Shown piece by piece: positions 26,590-40,634 of a stretch of 64,000 nt of DNA; position 1 is the stretch's first letter; every line of letters begins with the position of its first letter. The notes beneath the pieces are model-generated. The model ran no database searches, was not told the DNA's origin, and saw only the letters and a program-made list of their open reading frames with translations. Source of the stretch: Octopus vulgaris (lineage: Eukaryota); assembly GCA_951406725.2 (NCBI GenBank), contig OX597825.1, positions 79,732,001-79,796,000 on the forward strand, read 5' to 3'. Both the position numbers and the translations under genes were made by a program.

Positions 26590-28140
26590 TTCTAGTTAAG
26601 GGACTTACAGCTACCTATCATTAAGTTCATTCTCCAGATGGTGGCACAGAGTTCTTTGTCATAGTGGCTGGTGTCATCCAGGGTGACACCTCGGCACCCA
26701 ACCTATGCACCTCTGTAAATGAGATGAAGGACGAAAGATTTACTCTTTAACCAGCCAAAAGCAGATGTTTTCCAACTGTGACCATCACAGAAGCTCGCTA
26801 TGCTGATGAGTTGATGCTACGAGCAGATGAAGTTAGGGATTCAGTCTCTCTTGCACAACCTTGAAAGTGCTGCTGAAGATGTTGGTCTCTACGACAGTTC
26901 AGACAAAACAGAATATATGATGCACAACCAGAGCAGCAGAATTAACTTCACAGCTGGAAAAATTCCTTGCAAAATGTTGACTAATTCACAAACCTTGGAT
27001 ATAAAATTGCAATGTAGGATCTGTCTGCAAGTGATGTTCATGTCCAACCTGGCAAAACCTGGACAGCTTTATCCCTTTTGTTACTGTATTTATTTTGAGA
27101 TGTTCTGTGTTTCTTTCAATTACTTTAAATATAACAAAGAATTTAGTAAAATAACTTAGTTATCATTAAGCTAGTGTTAGGAACATAAATTGTGACTAAG
27201 ATTTGGAGGAATATTTTAATTTTAAACTTAAGAAAACAAGACACTTGTACTACAGAGCCAGAGCCAGTTTTGGCCAGGTTGGTAACGAAAGGGTTAAATG
27301 AATCATCAACGATGTGGAAATCTAAGCTTTCATTAAATTTAAAATGAAATTTCTTTCAGACAGTTGTGCAGTCAGTTCTGTTATAAGGATGTACAACAAC
27401 ATGAACTCTAACAAAGCGGTTTGAAAAGAAAATTGACAGAACTTGTACACAAATGCTTTGAGCTGCTCTGGACATCTGGAAATAACACTCTACGAAAGAA
27501 CTTCTGTAGGCGCAGGAATGGCCGTGTGGTAAGTAGCTTTCTTACAAACCACATGGTTCCGGGTTCAGTCCCACTGCATGGCACCTTGGGCAAGTGTCTT
27601 CTACTATAGCCTCGGGCCGACCAAAGCCTTGTGAGTGGATTTAGTAGATGGAAATTGAAAAAAGCCTGTCGTATATATGTGTGTGTGTGTTTGTCCCCCC
27701 AACATCACTTAACAACTGATGCTGGTGTGTTTACGTCCCCATAACTTAGCAGTTCGGCAAAAGAGACCAATAGAATAAGTACTAGGCTTACAAAGAATAA
27801 GTCCTGGGGTCAATTTATTCAACTAAAGGTGGTGCTCCAGCATGTCCACAGTCAAATGACTGAAACAAGTAAAAGAGTAAGATAATTTACCACTTTTCAG
27901 AGAAAGAACTATATTTGCTGGATATTGCTGGAGAGCAAAGGGTGAGATCAGAAGTATTCTTCTTTGGGAACTGAAGCACAGCTATGCAAATGTTAGCAGA
28001 CCACATCAGACCTACATAAAGCAACTGTGCAAGGACTCTAAGTGCACTCACAAAGAACATCTGAGTGCAACAGCAGACTGAATGGATAGGAGAGAATGAG
28101 TCATGGCAATCCATGCAACAAGCTCAACCTGATGATGATG
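26590..28140 (+). mobile_element. Decayed RTE-like LINE (RT and 3' end), interrupted by a MITE and a SINE
   Basis: SPDGGTEFFVIVAGVIQGDTSAP and YADE RT motifs; 3' end with (GAT)n tail at ~28130. Confidence 0.7.
27073..27293. mobile_element. piggyBac-type MITE
   Basis: CCCTT..AAGGG|TTAA ends; reverse complement of 41834-42056. Confidence 0.75.
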
Positions 28141-29564
28141 ATGATAATAATCATTTAAAGTTCACTTTTCGAATGCTTGTATAAATCAGAAGTTTATTTG
28201 AATCAGATTTTTTTTAACAACAGGATGCCCTTGCTGTCAACAACCCTCACTGGTTTCCAAGCAAGATAACATTTCCCCATCTTTTCTGGAAAATACTGGA
28301 AACAAAGACACTGCTTGCATCGCTGTGACACTAATATACAACTATCACATGATGTCAAGATAAGGAGACACAAATACTCAGAAATGATATACAAGATAAA
28401 AAAAATAAATAAAGTACTTTTTATATTTCTTTAAAAAGATAAAGTTTAAAAACTTTTTTTTGTCTGTAGATTATGGTTCTTAAATGTTTGGTGCAAAGAA
28501 CGATAAATCAATTGAAAAGACAAAAGAAATATACAATAAAAGAATTACAAAGAAAGTAGGGTGGGTGTTAGAACTTGAAGACTGATTTCAAAGACAAAAG
28601 AAGGTAAAATAAGGATTACAGAGTGGATGGAATTAAAAGACATCCACACTAGAATAAGGATCCATCTTCACCCAAAGACATGGCAGGAATGATTTACCAT
28701 GGCTTACAAACTGCAGCGAAAAACTAGAACACAACTACTTATACAATTATTTAGTCATCATCATCAGCCACAGTTTATCAAGCGCTTTTCCATGCTTTCA
28801 TGGGTTGGATGGAATTTATTGAAGCAGGTTTCCTACAGTTGGATGACCTTCCTGTTGTCAATCCTCACCTGTTTCCAATCAAGGTGATATTTCTCCATGG
28901 CCAGACATCTTCTCGCAGAATATTGGAAATAGATGACAGCTTGTAAGACCATGACAATCATTTACAACAATCATTGTCTCCTGGTTTGGACAGCATTTCC
29001 AGACAAGGAAACACAAGCACACACACACACACACTCATGACAGGCTTCTTTCAGTTTCCATCTACCAAATCTATTCACAAGGATTTGGTCAGCCCAGGGC
29101 TACAGTAGAAGACACTTACCCAAGGTGTCACTCAGCTGGGACTGAACCTGGAAACATGTGAATAGGAAGCAAACTTCTTAACACAGTCACACCAGCGCCT
29201 AGCATTTTATGGTATTATTATTAGTTTCAAGTGAATAACAAGTCTCATTGGTTCAACTCCTTTCAATGGAAACCCATCAAAACTCGGTCCCAAGAAACAC
29301 TTTTTTAAAGTTATTTCAATTAAAACCTTTCATCAAAACTTTATGTCCATTTATGTTCAAAACATCAACTTAATGACATTCTTCGTTAACAAAAAAAAAA
29401 CAAAAAAAAAAAACAGGAATTTGGTAACAAAAGGATTAAAATTGTTTTTCTGTTTCTGCAGAGGAATTCTAATGGAGATTTAATATTGAGACAAGGCAAC
29501 GAGATGGAAAGATGGTGGGATTCAGTTTGTACAGATTCATCTGAGTTAGCCAGCTTTCTTACTG

Positions 29565-30493
29565 TCAGCATTTGTCCCTCAGACACACATCATTCTCTTT
29601 CACAGGTGACTGATGTGTGTCTGTCACACCCTGAAGTACATTGTTCTCTTTCACAGGTGACTGATCCATGTCTGTCACACTTTGATGCACATCATTCTCT
29701 GTCACAGTTGAATGATCCATGTCTGTCACACCCTGACACACATCATTCTCTTTCACAGTTGATTGATCCATGTCTGTCACACTCTGTTGCACATCATTCT
29801 CTTTCACAGCTGACTGATCCATGTCTGTCACACTTTGATGCACATCATTCTCTTTCACAGCTGACTGATCCATGTCTGTCACACCCAGACACACATTTTC
29901 TTTCACAGTTGACTGATCCATATTTTTCACACCCTGACGCACATCATTTTCTTTCACAGTTGACTGATCCATGTCAGTCACACCCTGATGCACATCATTC
30001 TCTTTCACAGTTGACTGATCCATGTCTGTCACACTCTGACACACATCATTCTCTTTCACAGTTGACTGATCCATGTTTGTCACACCCTGACACACATCAT
30101 TCTCTTTCACAGTTGACTGATCCATGTCTGTTACACCCTGACACACATCATTCTCTTTCACAGTTGATTGATCCATGTCTGCCACACCCTGACACACATC
30201 ACTCTCTTTCACAGTTGACTGATTCAAGTTCGATGAAGAATAAATTTCAGTTCTGTTATCATCAACTATTCTGTCAGTCCCAACTAAACTTTCATCTGAT
30301 TCATTTGAGGAATTTCCAACCGATCCAGGTGTTTGTTCTGTTTTGCCATTAAGACCACAATTTGTCTTTTGGAAACTGTCACCATCTTCTTGAGAGAGTG
30401 TTTTCCTTGGGGAAACTTCTTGGAGATGGTCTTGATTGTCTGGGTTTGCCAAAGAATGGTCAGATGGTGTAGGTGTCCCAGTGAAAGAAGAAT
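29565..30493 (-). CDS. TIPIN: TIPIN-like terminal exon with a 17-aa tandem repeat
   Basis: Acceptor tttctag (CT at 30494-30495). Phase 1 matches the previous exon. Open to TGA at 29565-29567. Confidence 0.7.
29568..30224. repeat. 51-bp coding minisatellite, ~13 units (DQSTVKENDVCQGVTDM)
   Basis: Unit TTCACAGTTGACTGATCCATGTCTGTCACACCCTGACACACATCATTCTCT; one unit has an in-frame 3-nt deletion. Confidence 0.9.
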
Positions 30494-30817
30494 CTAGAAA
30501 AACAGAAAATAATTGTTTAAACTGCATACACAGTTTTTATATATATATGTGTGTGTGTATAAATATATATTATGAGAAAGAGAGAGAGAAAACAGAAACA
30601 GATACATCCATACTTACACACAAGCAGACATAATATAATCTCTAGAGACACATTAAAAAATAACAAGCTTACAAATAAATATATACATGCACATTTATGT
30701 GTGTGTGTGTGTATATATATACACTAAAATATATACACACACTCACATATATTCATACAGAAACGCATGTACATATAACACACATACAAGCAACACCACT
30801 GAGAATTTATAAAATAA

Positions 30818-31219
30818 CTAGAAAAGCACTCTGAGATCGCAGACGTCTGCCAAGCAGCTCATAAGACAGATACGTGAGTAAAATGACTAATAGAGAAAGG
30901 AAAATAAACTCTGGAAACAGCAACGCCACCATATGGTGACGTGGAAACGATGAAAGTGTTTTCAAGGGAGATAATCAAAGAATATAACATTGTAATACTT
31001 CATGTAAAGTAAATATAACAAATGAAAAATCCTTCAAGAATCCATAAAACTCTCGGATCACTATCAAAATTTCATCATCTGTTCCTTGTCTCATTACCAA
31101 CTTTTCCAGCAAGTTTCATCAAATACCGTTCACAATTTTCTGAGTTATTTTGCACACAGACGGACAGACAGACAAACCAACACCAATGAAAACATAACCT
31201 CCTTCCTTGGTGGAGGTAA
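30818..31219. mobile_element. Helitron/Helentron-associated non-autonomous element (HINE/DINE-like)
   Basis: CTAGAAAAGCACTCTGAGATCGCAGACGTCTGCCAAG end, (GACA)n tract, terminal hairpin ACCTCC..TTGGTGGAGGT. Confidence 0.55.
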
Positions 31220-31223
31220 TTAC

Positions 31224-31386
31224 CTTGGTTGTTGGAAGTTTTCTGGCTGCCAGCTGTAATCTCCTCATTTTGGGAAGTATTCTGCCTTTGGGGAGTGTTC
31301 TGGTTAGCAGCTAATCTAGCAGCCCTTTTTTCTAGAGCAAGTTGTTTATTCTTGGCAATCTTTTCTTTCATTTCTGCAGAAAGAAC
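31224..31386 (-). CDS. TIPIN: TIPIN-like coding exon 7
   Basis: VLSAEMKEKIAKNKQLALEKRAARL matches the conserved TIPIN motif (..RIERNKQLALERRQAK). AG/GT boundaries. Confidence 0.85.
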
Positions 31387-33286
31387 CTGAAATAATTTGT
31401 TAAAAGAAAAATCACTTGTTAAAAATCATGTTTTTCCACAATTCACGACTCTCCATTGCTCTTGGTAACTGCTCCTTATTGAGGTTTGTATTGTCTGAGA
31501 GTTGATTGATGAAATAGGATAAACAAACAAATATTCTAAAATACTAATACATTAAAAATTAAATTAAAATAATAATAATTGATCCTAGGTGCAGGAGTGG
31601 CTGTGTGGTAAGTAGCTTGCTTACCAACCACATGGTACCGGGTTCAGTCCCACTGCGTGGCACCTTGGCCAAATGTCTTCTACTATAGCCTCGGGCCGAC
31701 CAGAGCCTTGTGAGTGGATTTCGTTGACGGAAACTGAAAGAAGCCCGTTGTATATATGTATATATGCATGTGTGTGTATATGTTTGTGTGTGTGTCCCCC
31801 CAACATCGCTTGACAACCGATGCGGGTGTGTTCACGTCCTCATAACTTAGCGGTTCTGCAAAAGAGACCGAGAGAATAAGTATTAGGCTTACAAAGAATA
31901 AGTCCTGGGGTCGATTTGCTCAACTAAAAGTGATGCATGGCCGCAGTCAAAATGACTGAAACAAGTAAAGAGAGACCCTAATTAGCAGTCATTAATAAAG
32001 TATTCTTTCTTTAATTCTTTTACTTGGCTCAGTTCTTCAGGCCAAGCTGGGGCACCACTTTGAAGGATCTAGTCAAAAAAATCAACTGCGGTACTTGCAT
32101 TTTTTTTTAAGTTTGTGAGTTACTCAATCAGTCTTTTTGCTGAACTGCAAGTGTTATGGGGAAGTAAACAAACCAACACCAGTTGCGAAGTAGTATGGTG
32201 AAAAACACAGAGACATGACATATTTATACCTATAACATTCAGCGACGGCTGTCTGTCATAAGTTGATGTTGACTATTCTGTCCAGACAGTTTTCTTGAAC
32301 ATAGCGCTTTTGCATGATAAAGCAGTTGGCGTCATTCTCCATCAGACTGCCTCTCAGGGCCTCCATGCCAAGTACCAAGTGAAGTACAAGAGTACAACAA
32401 GCATGGTCAACAATGAAGCTGCCTCATTGTAGCAGCTCACTTGCTAGTTGATGCCCAACTGTTGTCTGATGGTTCAGATCTTCTGCTTGGCCACAGCAGC
32501 CTTCAAACTGTTGGTCTTCGTGCAATTTCATTTTTTGAAGAAAATGTCGAGGAATTATAAGCATTCTTCCACAGTGTCCAAAAAGCTTTGAACTCATGGG
32601 CACCCAGACTCAAACCTTTGTGCAATTTCATTTTTTGAAGAAAATGTTGAGGAATTATAAGCTGTTGGTCTAGGACTTCTCCACCTTGTCAGTTATTCAT
32701 CATCCTGCTGCTAACGTCTTTACTCTATCCGTAGCACAGGAGGCTATGGGGTTACCAGCACTTGCCCAAGATGCCATCCCAATTTACAAGCAGAAGGTGC
32801 AACTTCCTCCCGCTTTTATAGCCTAACAATGAAGTGAATGCTACAAACACAGGTCAGGGAAATGGAGTGCCTCTGAAGGATCTCTGGAGCAACATTACTT
32901 GGCAGGTTGTGTAGCTTAACAATCAGGGAATCTCTCCAGGTCAAGCCAGTGCTTTTCTGCCTTGAGGGATCACAGCTCCTGTACAATGGACATGTGATTG
33001 GAATGCCATAGGAAAGAATCACATGACAGAGTCTTCAAACCAAGCTGACTGGTAGGAGACCCTGAACAAGATGGTTGGATGATATCTGTAGTCTCAGTTA
33101 AGTCATGCTTGGGAAATGCTCCAGCCTGGTCACGCACTTGGTGCAACCCCTGGTCATACCAGATCCAGTCAACCATCCAATCCAGGCCAGCATGAAAAAT
33201 GGATGTAAATGATGAAACACATATAAAAGTTAAAAAAAAATTAAAATGTGTAGTAAATATGTAATGTTTAAAACAAAGAATCTTAC

Positions 33287-33457
33287 AGTAACTTGTGATG
33301 GTAGACGGTTGGTGGTTGATGGAGTAGAAAAGCCCGAAGGAGGAGATGTAAGATACGATGTACTGGACACACTGTTATTGTTGTTGTTGTTGTTGTTTGG
33401 AGATCGCATCATTTCATCCCATGCAGCTTCAGCAGCCGTTACTTCATCCATTTGCAC
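33287..33457 (-). CDS. TIPIN: TIPIN-like coding exon 6
   Basis: tacag| VQMDEVTAAEAAWDEMMRSP..LPSQVT |gtaag; phase 0/0. Confidence 0.75.
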
Positions 33458-34276
33458 CTGTAAAAATAAAAACAAAAAATAGAAACACATTAGAGATAGT
33501 TTTACTTGTTAAAAAATAGTTCAGAAGGAACAGTGAGCACAACCCATAGTGTTTCCTGGGCCCTTCTATATTCAAGAATAGGGGAGACAGCTTTGTTAAA
33601 ACAGGCTTCTCACAAATATGAAGGAAGGACATAGTCAGTTATAACAACCCTAGTATTTAAGGGGTATTGTATTTAGCTTTAGACTTGCCATTACACACAG
33701 CATATCATGGACATTTTTTAAACCTGAATAAACCCATTCTGCTCAAGGTTTGACTTTAGAAGATTTTTTCCAGACAGACAGACAGACAGAAAGAGGGAAA
33801 GAATAGAACTGAGCCTAGAACAGGGCTGGGCCTTTGTGGACAGCTACAAAAGAATGAAAGACAAAGCTGAACTCAGAGAACAGAGTCGGAAGAACTATCA
33901 CAAGGCAATCCATTCAATGCTCACCCAATTTGCCCCTTTTTTTGTTGACCTCTGGAAGGATAAAGGGCAAAGACAACCTCAACTGAGACCCAAAAACAAA
34001 AACTGCACAGCATTTTGATCAACACTCAAATGAGACAGTAACACACAAACACACACACACATATATACCAGATAGGCTTCTTTCAGTTTCCCTCCACCAA
34101 TTCCACTCGGAAGGCTTTAGCTAGTCTAGGGCTATGGTAGAAGCCCAAGGTTCCGTACAATAGGACTGAACTGCCAACCACGTGATTCAAAAGTGACCTT
34201 CTTAAACACACAATCATAGCTGTGCCTAAAGATGTATATATAAACATGTGCATGGGTGTGTACGTAAATATGTATG

Positions 34277-34319
<43 letters not shown>

Positions 34320-35674
34320 AATAGCATGTAAATATCTGGTTGCAAATCTACCAGGACTACTTTTGACTTTTTCTGTCCAAAAGGGTATTCAACCCAATAG
34401 TTACTTGCTATTATTTATAGCTTTATGTGCTTCAAGATCCACTATTCCAAAATTGAATTCTCTTTCACCTAAAAGTTTATGAATTCTTAACTATGTGTAT
34501 ATATTTTATATATATGTATATATATATTCAATCCGAAGAAGAACAAGCAAGAAAAAACAACAACGCGAGGACATGGAGCAAGAACTGAGTTATTGGACGC
34601 TCGGGAAAGAAAAGAAAATATGCTGGTGGCATACAAAAAGCACCCACTTCACTCTTGGAGTGGTTGGCATTGGGAAGGGCATCCAGCTGTAGAAACATTG
34701 CCCAACCAGACTGGAGCCTGGTGCAGCCACTGGCTTTCCAGACCTCAGTCAAACCGTCCAACTCATGATGATGATGCTGAGGTCTGGAGAGCCAGCAACT
34801 ACACCAGGCTCCAGTCTGATCTCCAAGAGTCTAGTGGTTGCTTTTTATGTGCCACCGGCACAGGAGCCAGTTAGGCAGGCCTGGCATCGATCATGTTTGG
34901 ATGGTGCTTTTTACATGCCAGCAGCATGGGAGCCAGTCAGGCAGACCTGTAATCAACCACATTCAGGTGGTGCTTTTTATGTGCGACTGGTATGGGAGCC
35001 TGTCAGGTGGCACTGGCATCGACCGCATTCAGATGATGCATTTTACATGCCACTGGAGGAAAATAGGAATTGAATAAAACCCAGGTGAATACCTCTTTAA
35101 GCACTTGGTGGGAATAGAAACCAGGTAACTAAATTGTCTGGTCAGTGCAACAGCAATCCATATATGTTGTTTTTATTCCTTGTGACAGGTAGAATTTGTA
35201 AATCCAACATAGTATACGAATTATGAACAATGAAAAATGAACAATGAAGATGTATTATATATACAGGGTGACCCAAAAGTAGGTTTACAGGTACTCAACA
35301 ATCTCTTTTGCATTCACATATTAACAGTTTAGATCTTAATTATAAAAAAATATGAAACCATTATTCTATGCTAATTTAGTTAATTGTAAGATAGAAATTT
35401 AAATGTAATGTAGTTTACATGTTTGTGTGTGTGTGTATAGAGGTAGGTTTATAATATACACATACGTTCACCACTTAAAAGTGAATGCTGCATTAGAACA
35501 CACAAATATTTCAATATTTGCCAAGAAAGGAAAATTCTATGATTATTTGGTGCATAAAAGCACATCAAGGCTATTACCAGTGGCAGACAATCACCGCTAC
35601 TTCAGCTGCCAGGACTATCAGATCACATGATTTTGGTCTCTTTTATTCATAAATGAATACACATAAGCCCTTAC

Positions 35675-35785
35675 CGCATTTGTAGTATTGTTTGGGTTAC
35701 CGTCTTCATCCTCGTCATCGACTTGGTTTGAGACAAAGTCATCATCCAGCACCGGCATGTCAAGTCGGATGCGTTTAATACATGA
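35675..35785 (-). CDS. TIPIN: TIPIN-like coding exon 5
   Basis: SCIKRIRLDMPVLDDDFVSN.. (cf. vertebrate [20 protein letters not shown]). AG/GT boundaries. Confidence 0.9.
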
Positions 35786-35935
35786 CTGCAAGACAAGAAA
35801 AGCAGGGAGAGAATGAGAAAAATACATAAGGTATAGGTACACAGGTACACATTTTATATGACATATATGTGTGTGTGTGTATACATACACATATATACAT
35901 ACACATATATACATACACATATATATATACATACA

Positions 35936-35985
<50 letters not shown>

Positions 35986-36101
35986 GGCAGATTTTTTTCT
36001 TTAACCACAGCCAAACCTATACTGTATTATGAACAGCATAACAGAAATGAAAATTGAACCCAAAATTGGAACAAGACAGAGTTAGAATCAAGAACACTAA
36101 C

Positions 36102-36224
36102 CTGAACACTTTTTTTAGACCCAATTTTCTCAATACGCTGAAGACAATCAGAAAACTTCATCTGTGGAAAAAGTCTGTGAGCCCAGTGTTCCAAAATCTT
36201 CAGAATTTTGTCAAGATCTTTTGC
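36102..36224 (-). CDS. TIPIN: TIPIN-like coding exon 4 (Swi3 domain)
   Basis: AKDLDKILKILEHWAHRLFPQMKFSDCLQRIEKIGSKKSVQ; HWAHRLFP is the Swi3 signature. Confidence 0.92.
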
Positions 36225-38174
36225 CTGGGGAACAAAAAAAAGAAAAATTTTAAATATTCTTTTCTACTCTAGGCACAAGGCCTGAAATTTACCAACCCTG
36301 AAAGGATAAAAGACAAAGTCAACCTCAGTGGAATTTGAACTCAGAAAGTAAAGACAGACGAAATACCGCTAAGCATTTTGCCCAATGTGCTAATGCTTCT
36401 GCCAGTTTACCGCCTTGAAAAGTTTAAAATATTGGCTGTCTAAGGCTTCATATGCTTCTTCATGTACTGTATACCCTTTAGTTAGCTAGTCCAACTCATG
36501 GTTCTGATTTCAAGTCATACCACGGACATCTTAGCCTTTTATGTCTTTCAGGGGAAAATATAATGAATACAAGTAATTCAAGTGAATGATAAAAATTTAC
36601 ATAAACAGGGTCCATATAAGATTTTGGGGGGTTCACACATCAAAAAAGTAAGTTGGAGATCCACAACAATATTTTAAGGACCTCTGAAAAATTTTTGCTT
36701 TAGATTTATGTGTTGGTATGTATTGCAAGACTCTTTCTCCAATGTTTTACATAGTTCAACCTACACAAGTTAATGTGTGAGAAAACATAAAGGGAATTTT
36801 GGAAGAAGTTTCTATAAAACTAGTTTTTAAACACTGAATGGCAATGGGGGTCCATCAGAATAAAATAGCAATCAAAGGAGTCCATAGATAAAAAATGGTT
36901 GAGAACCCCTGATATATATATATATATAAGGCAAGCTGACAGAATCGTTAGCATGCTGGGCAAAATGCTTGACGGTATTTCGTCTGCCACTACGTCCTGA
37001 GTTCAAATTCTGATGAGGTCAACTTAGCCTTTCATCTATTCGGGAACAATTAAATAAGTACCAGTTATGCACTGGGGTCGATGTAATTGACTAACCTCCT
37101 TCCCCCACAATTTTCAAGGCCTTGTGCCTAGAGTAGAAATAATACATATATATACATATATATATGTATGTATATATATATATATATATATAGTCCAAGA
37201 ATAAAGACAATGCAAAGACAAGTGAAAAGGACAATAGAGAGGGAGCATTAGGTTGATACTGAGGAAAAACGGAAAAAGTTTTTAACCCTTTAGCATTTAA
37301 ACTCAGCATATCCCACCCAAATATTCTACCCGTTTTATGATCAAGCTGTCTAGATCCAGTTTCTTACATCTGCCCAATAAAGTCATTCTAAAAATATTCA
37401 GGCACACCATTGAAATGTAGAAGCTACAAGATAATGCAAGGATTAACACAAAACAATGTGAATAAATAAGCATTAGATTTTGAACTTATGCTCTTATTGC
37501 AGAAAGGCTGGATGAGGAGACATAAAAGATGGAGAGACTTATTTCAGTTTGTCTACCAAATCCACTCATAATGCTTTGATTGACTCAGGGCTGTCATAGC
37601 AGGCACTTGCCAAAGGTGCCATGCAGTGGGATTGAACCAGAAACTACATGGTTAGGAAGTGAACATCTTAACCACGCAGCCATAACTAAATAAATATATC
37701 ACCATCATCATCATCGTCATCATCATCAGTTTACACCAGCTTTCCTTAGTTGTTTGGGTTGGATGGGTGTCACAGTGTAGCTCAGCTCTTTTTCTGAAAT
37801 ACTGCCCATGCTGAAGGACCACAGAACAATTGTATTTTCCAGTTTCAGCATAGTTTCCACAACAAAACACCCTTCTTCCTAACACCAACCTCTTTACAGA
37901 GTGTACCAATTGTATTTTACCAACATCAGAAAGGCACACAGCCAGAAATTTAGAAGGAAAAGTTATCCAACTAAATATAAACCACTACAATATTTCATTG
38001 AGCCCAGAAGTTTAAAAGGCAAAACTGATCTAAACAGGATTAGAACTCTGAATGGATGTAAAGCACCAGAGTAAATACTAAAAGGTATTTAATCCAAGAA
38101 TCTTGAAGAAAATGAAAATAAATGGTAAAAAAAAAAAAGTGGGGTGAAAACAGAAAAAAATACACTGCATTTAC

Positions 38175-38250
38175 CTCGTGACCGTTTCCTTTGAATGTCA
38201 CATCCTTAAAGAGTTTTGGTAATATTGCAATTCCTCTTTCACCACTCAGT
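38175..38250 (-). CDS. TIPIN: TIPIN-like coding exon 3 (Swi3 domain)
   Basis: (R)LSGERGIAILPKLFKDVTFKGNGHE |gtaa. Confidence 0.9.
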
Positions 38251-40072
38251 CTTCAAAAGCAAGAAGTTTAACTTGGTTTTAGAATGTTCTGGTTTACATG
38301 ATTGATGTTGTTGTTGTTGTAGTATATTAAACCCAAAATCTGCAGAGACTAATTGTTTTAACATCAAGTCACTCATAATTGAATAGACCTATAACCAAAG
38401 ACAACCAATTCATGACCATCCTACCTTTTCAGTGGTATGTTGCTATGAAGGAATACATTATTCAGCATGGCCTTCCATCTTTGAAATGGCAGAGTAACTT
38501 CAAAGATATTTGGCTATTTATAGCTGATTGAGTGACCACACGAAGGTTCCTTCTATTAGTTTTTTTTTTAATTGTTTAGGTCAATGACATCATATATTGT
38601 TGTTTTGACAGTCAATATATTTGACAGCATCACTTTTTGTAAAGTTACTAACTCAACACAGATTAATGAATGAATGGATGGATAAACAGAGAGACAGATT
38701 GCTAAGTCGATAGACTGACAGAAAGATTGATTGATTGATGTGAAAAAAACATTCGAGTGAGGTCGTTGCCAGTGCCACTGGACTGGCTCCTATGCAGGTG
38801 GCACATAAATAACACCATTTGAGCGTGACCACTGCCCATACCACCTGACTGGCCCCCGTGACACGTAAAAGCACCCACTACACTCTTGGAGTGGTTGGCG
38901 TTAGGAAAGGCATCCAGCTGTAGAAACTCTGCCAGATCAAGATTGGAGCCTGGTGCAACCATCAGGTTTGCCAGCCCTTGGTCAAAATCGTCCAACCCAT
39001 GCTAGCATGGAAAGCGGATGTTAAACGATGATGATGATGATGGACAGATTGATAGAGAGTTAGACAGATTGACATGTAGGCATACATAATGTAGACTCAC
39101 TTAAACTGAAGGGAAAAAACAAAAAAAAAGGGTTCTTCACAGTTACAAGTGGAACACCTTTAATAACAGGTCAGCAGGATCAGGGCTGACCTGGGGGCAA
39201 AGCAACAACAACTTCCTGTAGATCAGTGTTTCTCTAACTGGGTGGTATCATCCCCTGGAGGAGGGGCAGGGGAAAATTTTACGTGGATAGTAGGCACAAA
39301 AGAGGTGGTGTGATGGTAGGGAAAAAGGGCAAAAAATGTATCTGTACAGTTTACAAGTCCTTGTCTCCTATTAAATTATAAACTTTAAAAAAAATTTAAT
39401 GTAATATTACAATAAACCCATCTGCCAGCCACAAATACAACAACATCAATAATAATAGTAACAGACTTCAGAATGAGAATAAGTTAATAAACAAAACCAA
39501 ATATATACCATCTCTGCTTATAGAATTCGATTATGGTAGAATGATGCTGTGGACAGTGGACACTAGTGTCAAAGTAGTTCTCAGAACTCCATTATTCTGG
39601 CCTAATACATGTACACACATTAAAAATAAGGGTGTGTGAGGAAGAACACTGAATCATAGCAAAAGGCTGTTGAGAAGGTGTTAGTCAGACTTTTAAAAAA
39701 ATTTAAATACTGGGGTTGATTAGTTCAACAAAAACTCTTCAAAACACTGCTCCAGTATGGCTACAATCTATTGACTGAAACAAATAAAAATCAAGAGATA
39801 TGTAAATGTATGATAAGGCTTCCAAGAATGTGTCTGCTTTGAGTATGATACACAGACTGATATTTTGAACTAATATTGCTACTACTGCTTATAATGGATT
39901 TAAAAAAACTGAGTTTCAGAAGCACTTATGTAAATCATTTATTGAAACACCCACAAAATAAACAAATAAAATATAAAATACATATAAAATATTCCATTAA
40001 TCTATTACCATAATTAACATTTTTGAAAAGTTGCAAAAAAAAACCAAAAAATAAACCGATGTTTAAACTCAC

Positions 40073-40166
40073 CTGGCATCGTTCAGCTTCGGTTGAGGAT
40101 TTCGAACGACTTTCTTCGTGGCACCTTTTGCAAGTTTCTTGTTAATGTTGGCATTAAAAGTATTTT
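40073..40166 (-). CDS. TIPIN: TIPIN-like coding exon 2
   Basis: (E)NTFNANINKKLAKGATKKVVRNPQPKLNDA(R) |gtgag. Confidence 0.85.
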
Positions 40167-40595
40167 CTAAAAATGGATATAAAACAAACAAATAGCATTT
40201 TCTTTTTTTAATAAGAGGCTGAATTGGATGCTAGAATTGCAGGAACTGGCAGAGTAAAGTGCAAGCACCAGTGTTCATTCCTCAGAAGAGAAGAGGTTGG
40301 TGGAAAAAATGCCAAACTTGCGATCTTCAGTTTAATTTTCGTATCTGTCCTCATCTACGGCCAGGAATGTTGGAGAATAATCAAAAGAGTATCTTTTATT
40401 CTTTTACTTGTTTCAGTCATTTGACTGCGGCCATGCTGTAGCACTACCTTGAAGGGTTTTAACTAAACAAATTGACCCCAGGACTTATTCTTTTTTAAGC
40501 CTAGTTCTATCAGTCTCTTTTTGCCAAATTGCTGTTATGAGGACATAAACATACCTACACCGGTTGTCAAGTAGTGGGAGAACACAGGCACAAAG

Positions 40596-40634
<39 letters not shown>

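Noticed and set aside
29486-30352. 288-aa His/Cys-rich plus-strand ORF; also considered as a CRISPR-like array
   Set aside because: Antisense shadow of the TIPIN 51-bp repeat, with no ATG or splice support. Units are contiguous with no unique spacers.
34850-35055. ~62-bp tandem repeats
   Set aside because: Internal repeats of a common interspersed element also seen at ~38760-39040 and 50790-51050.
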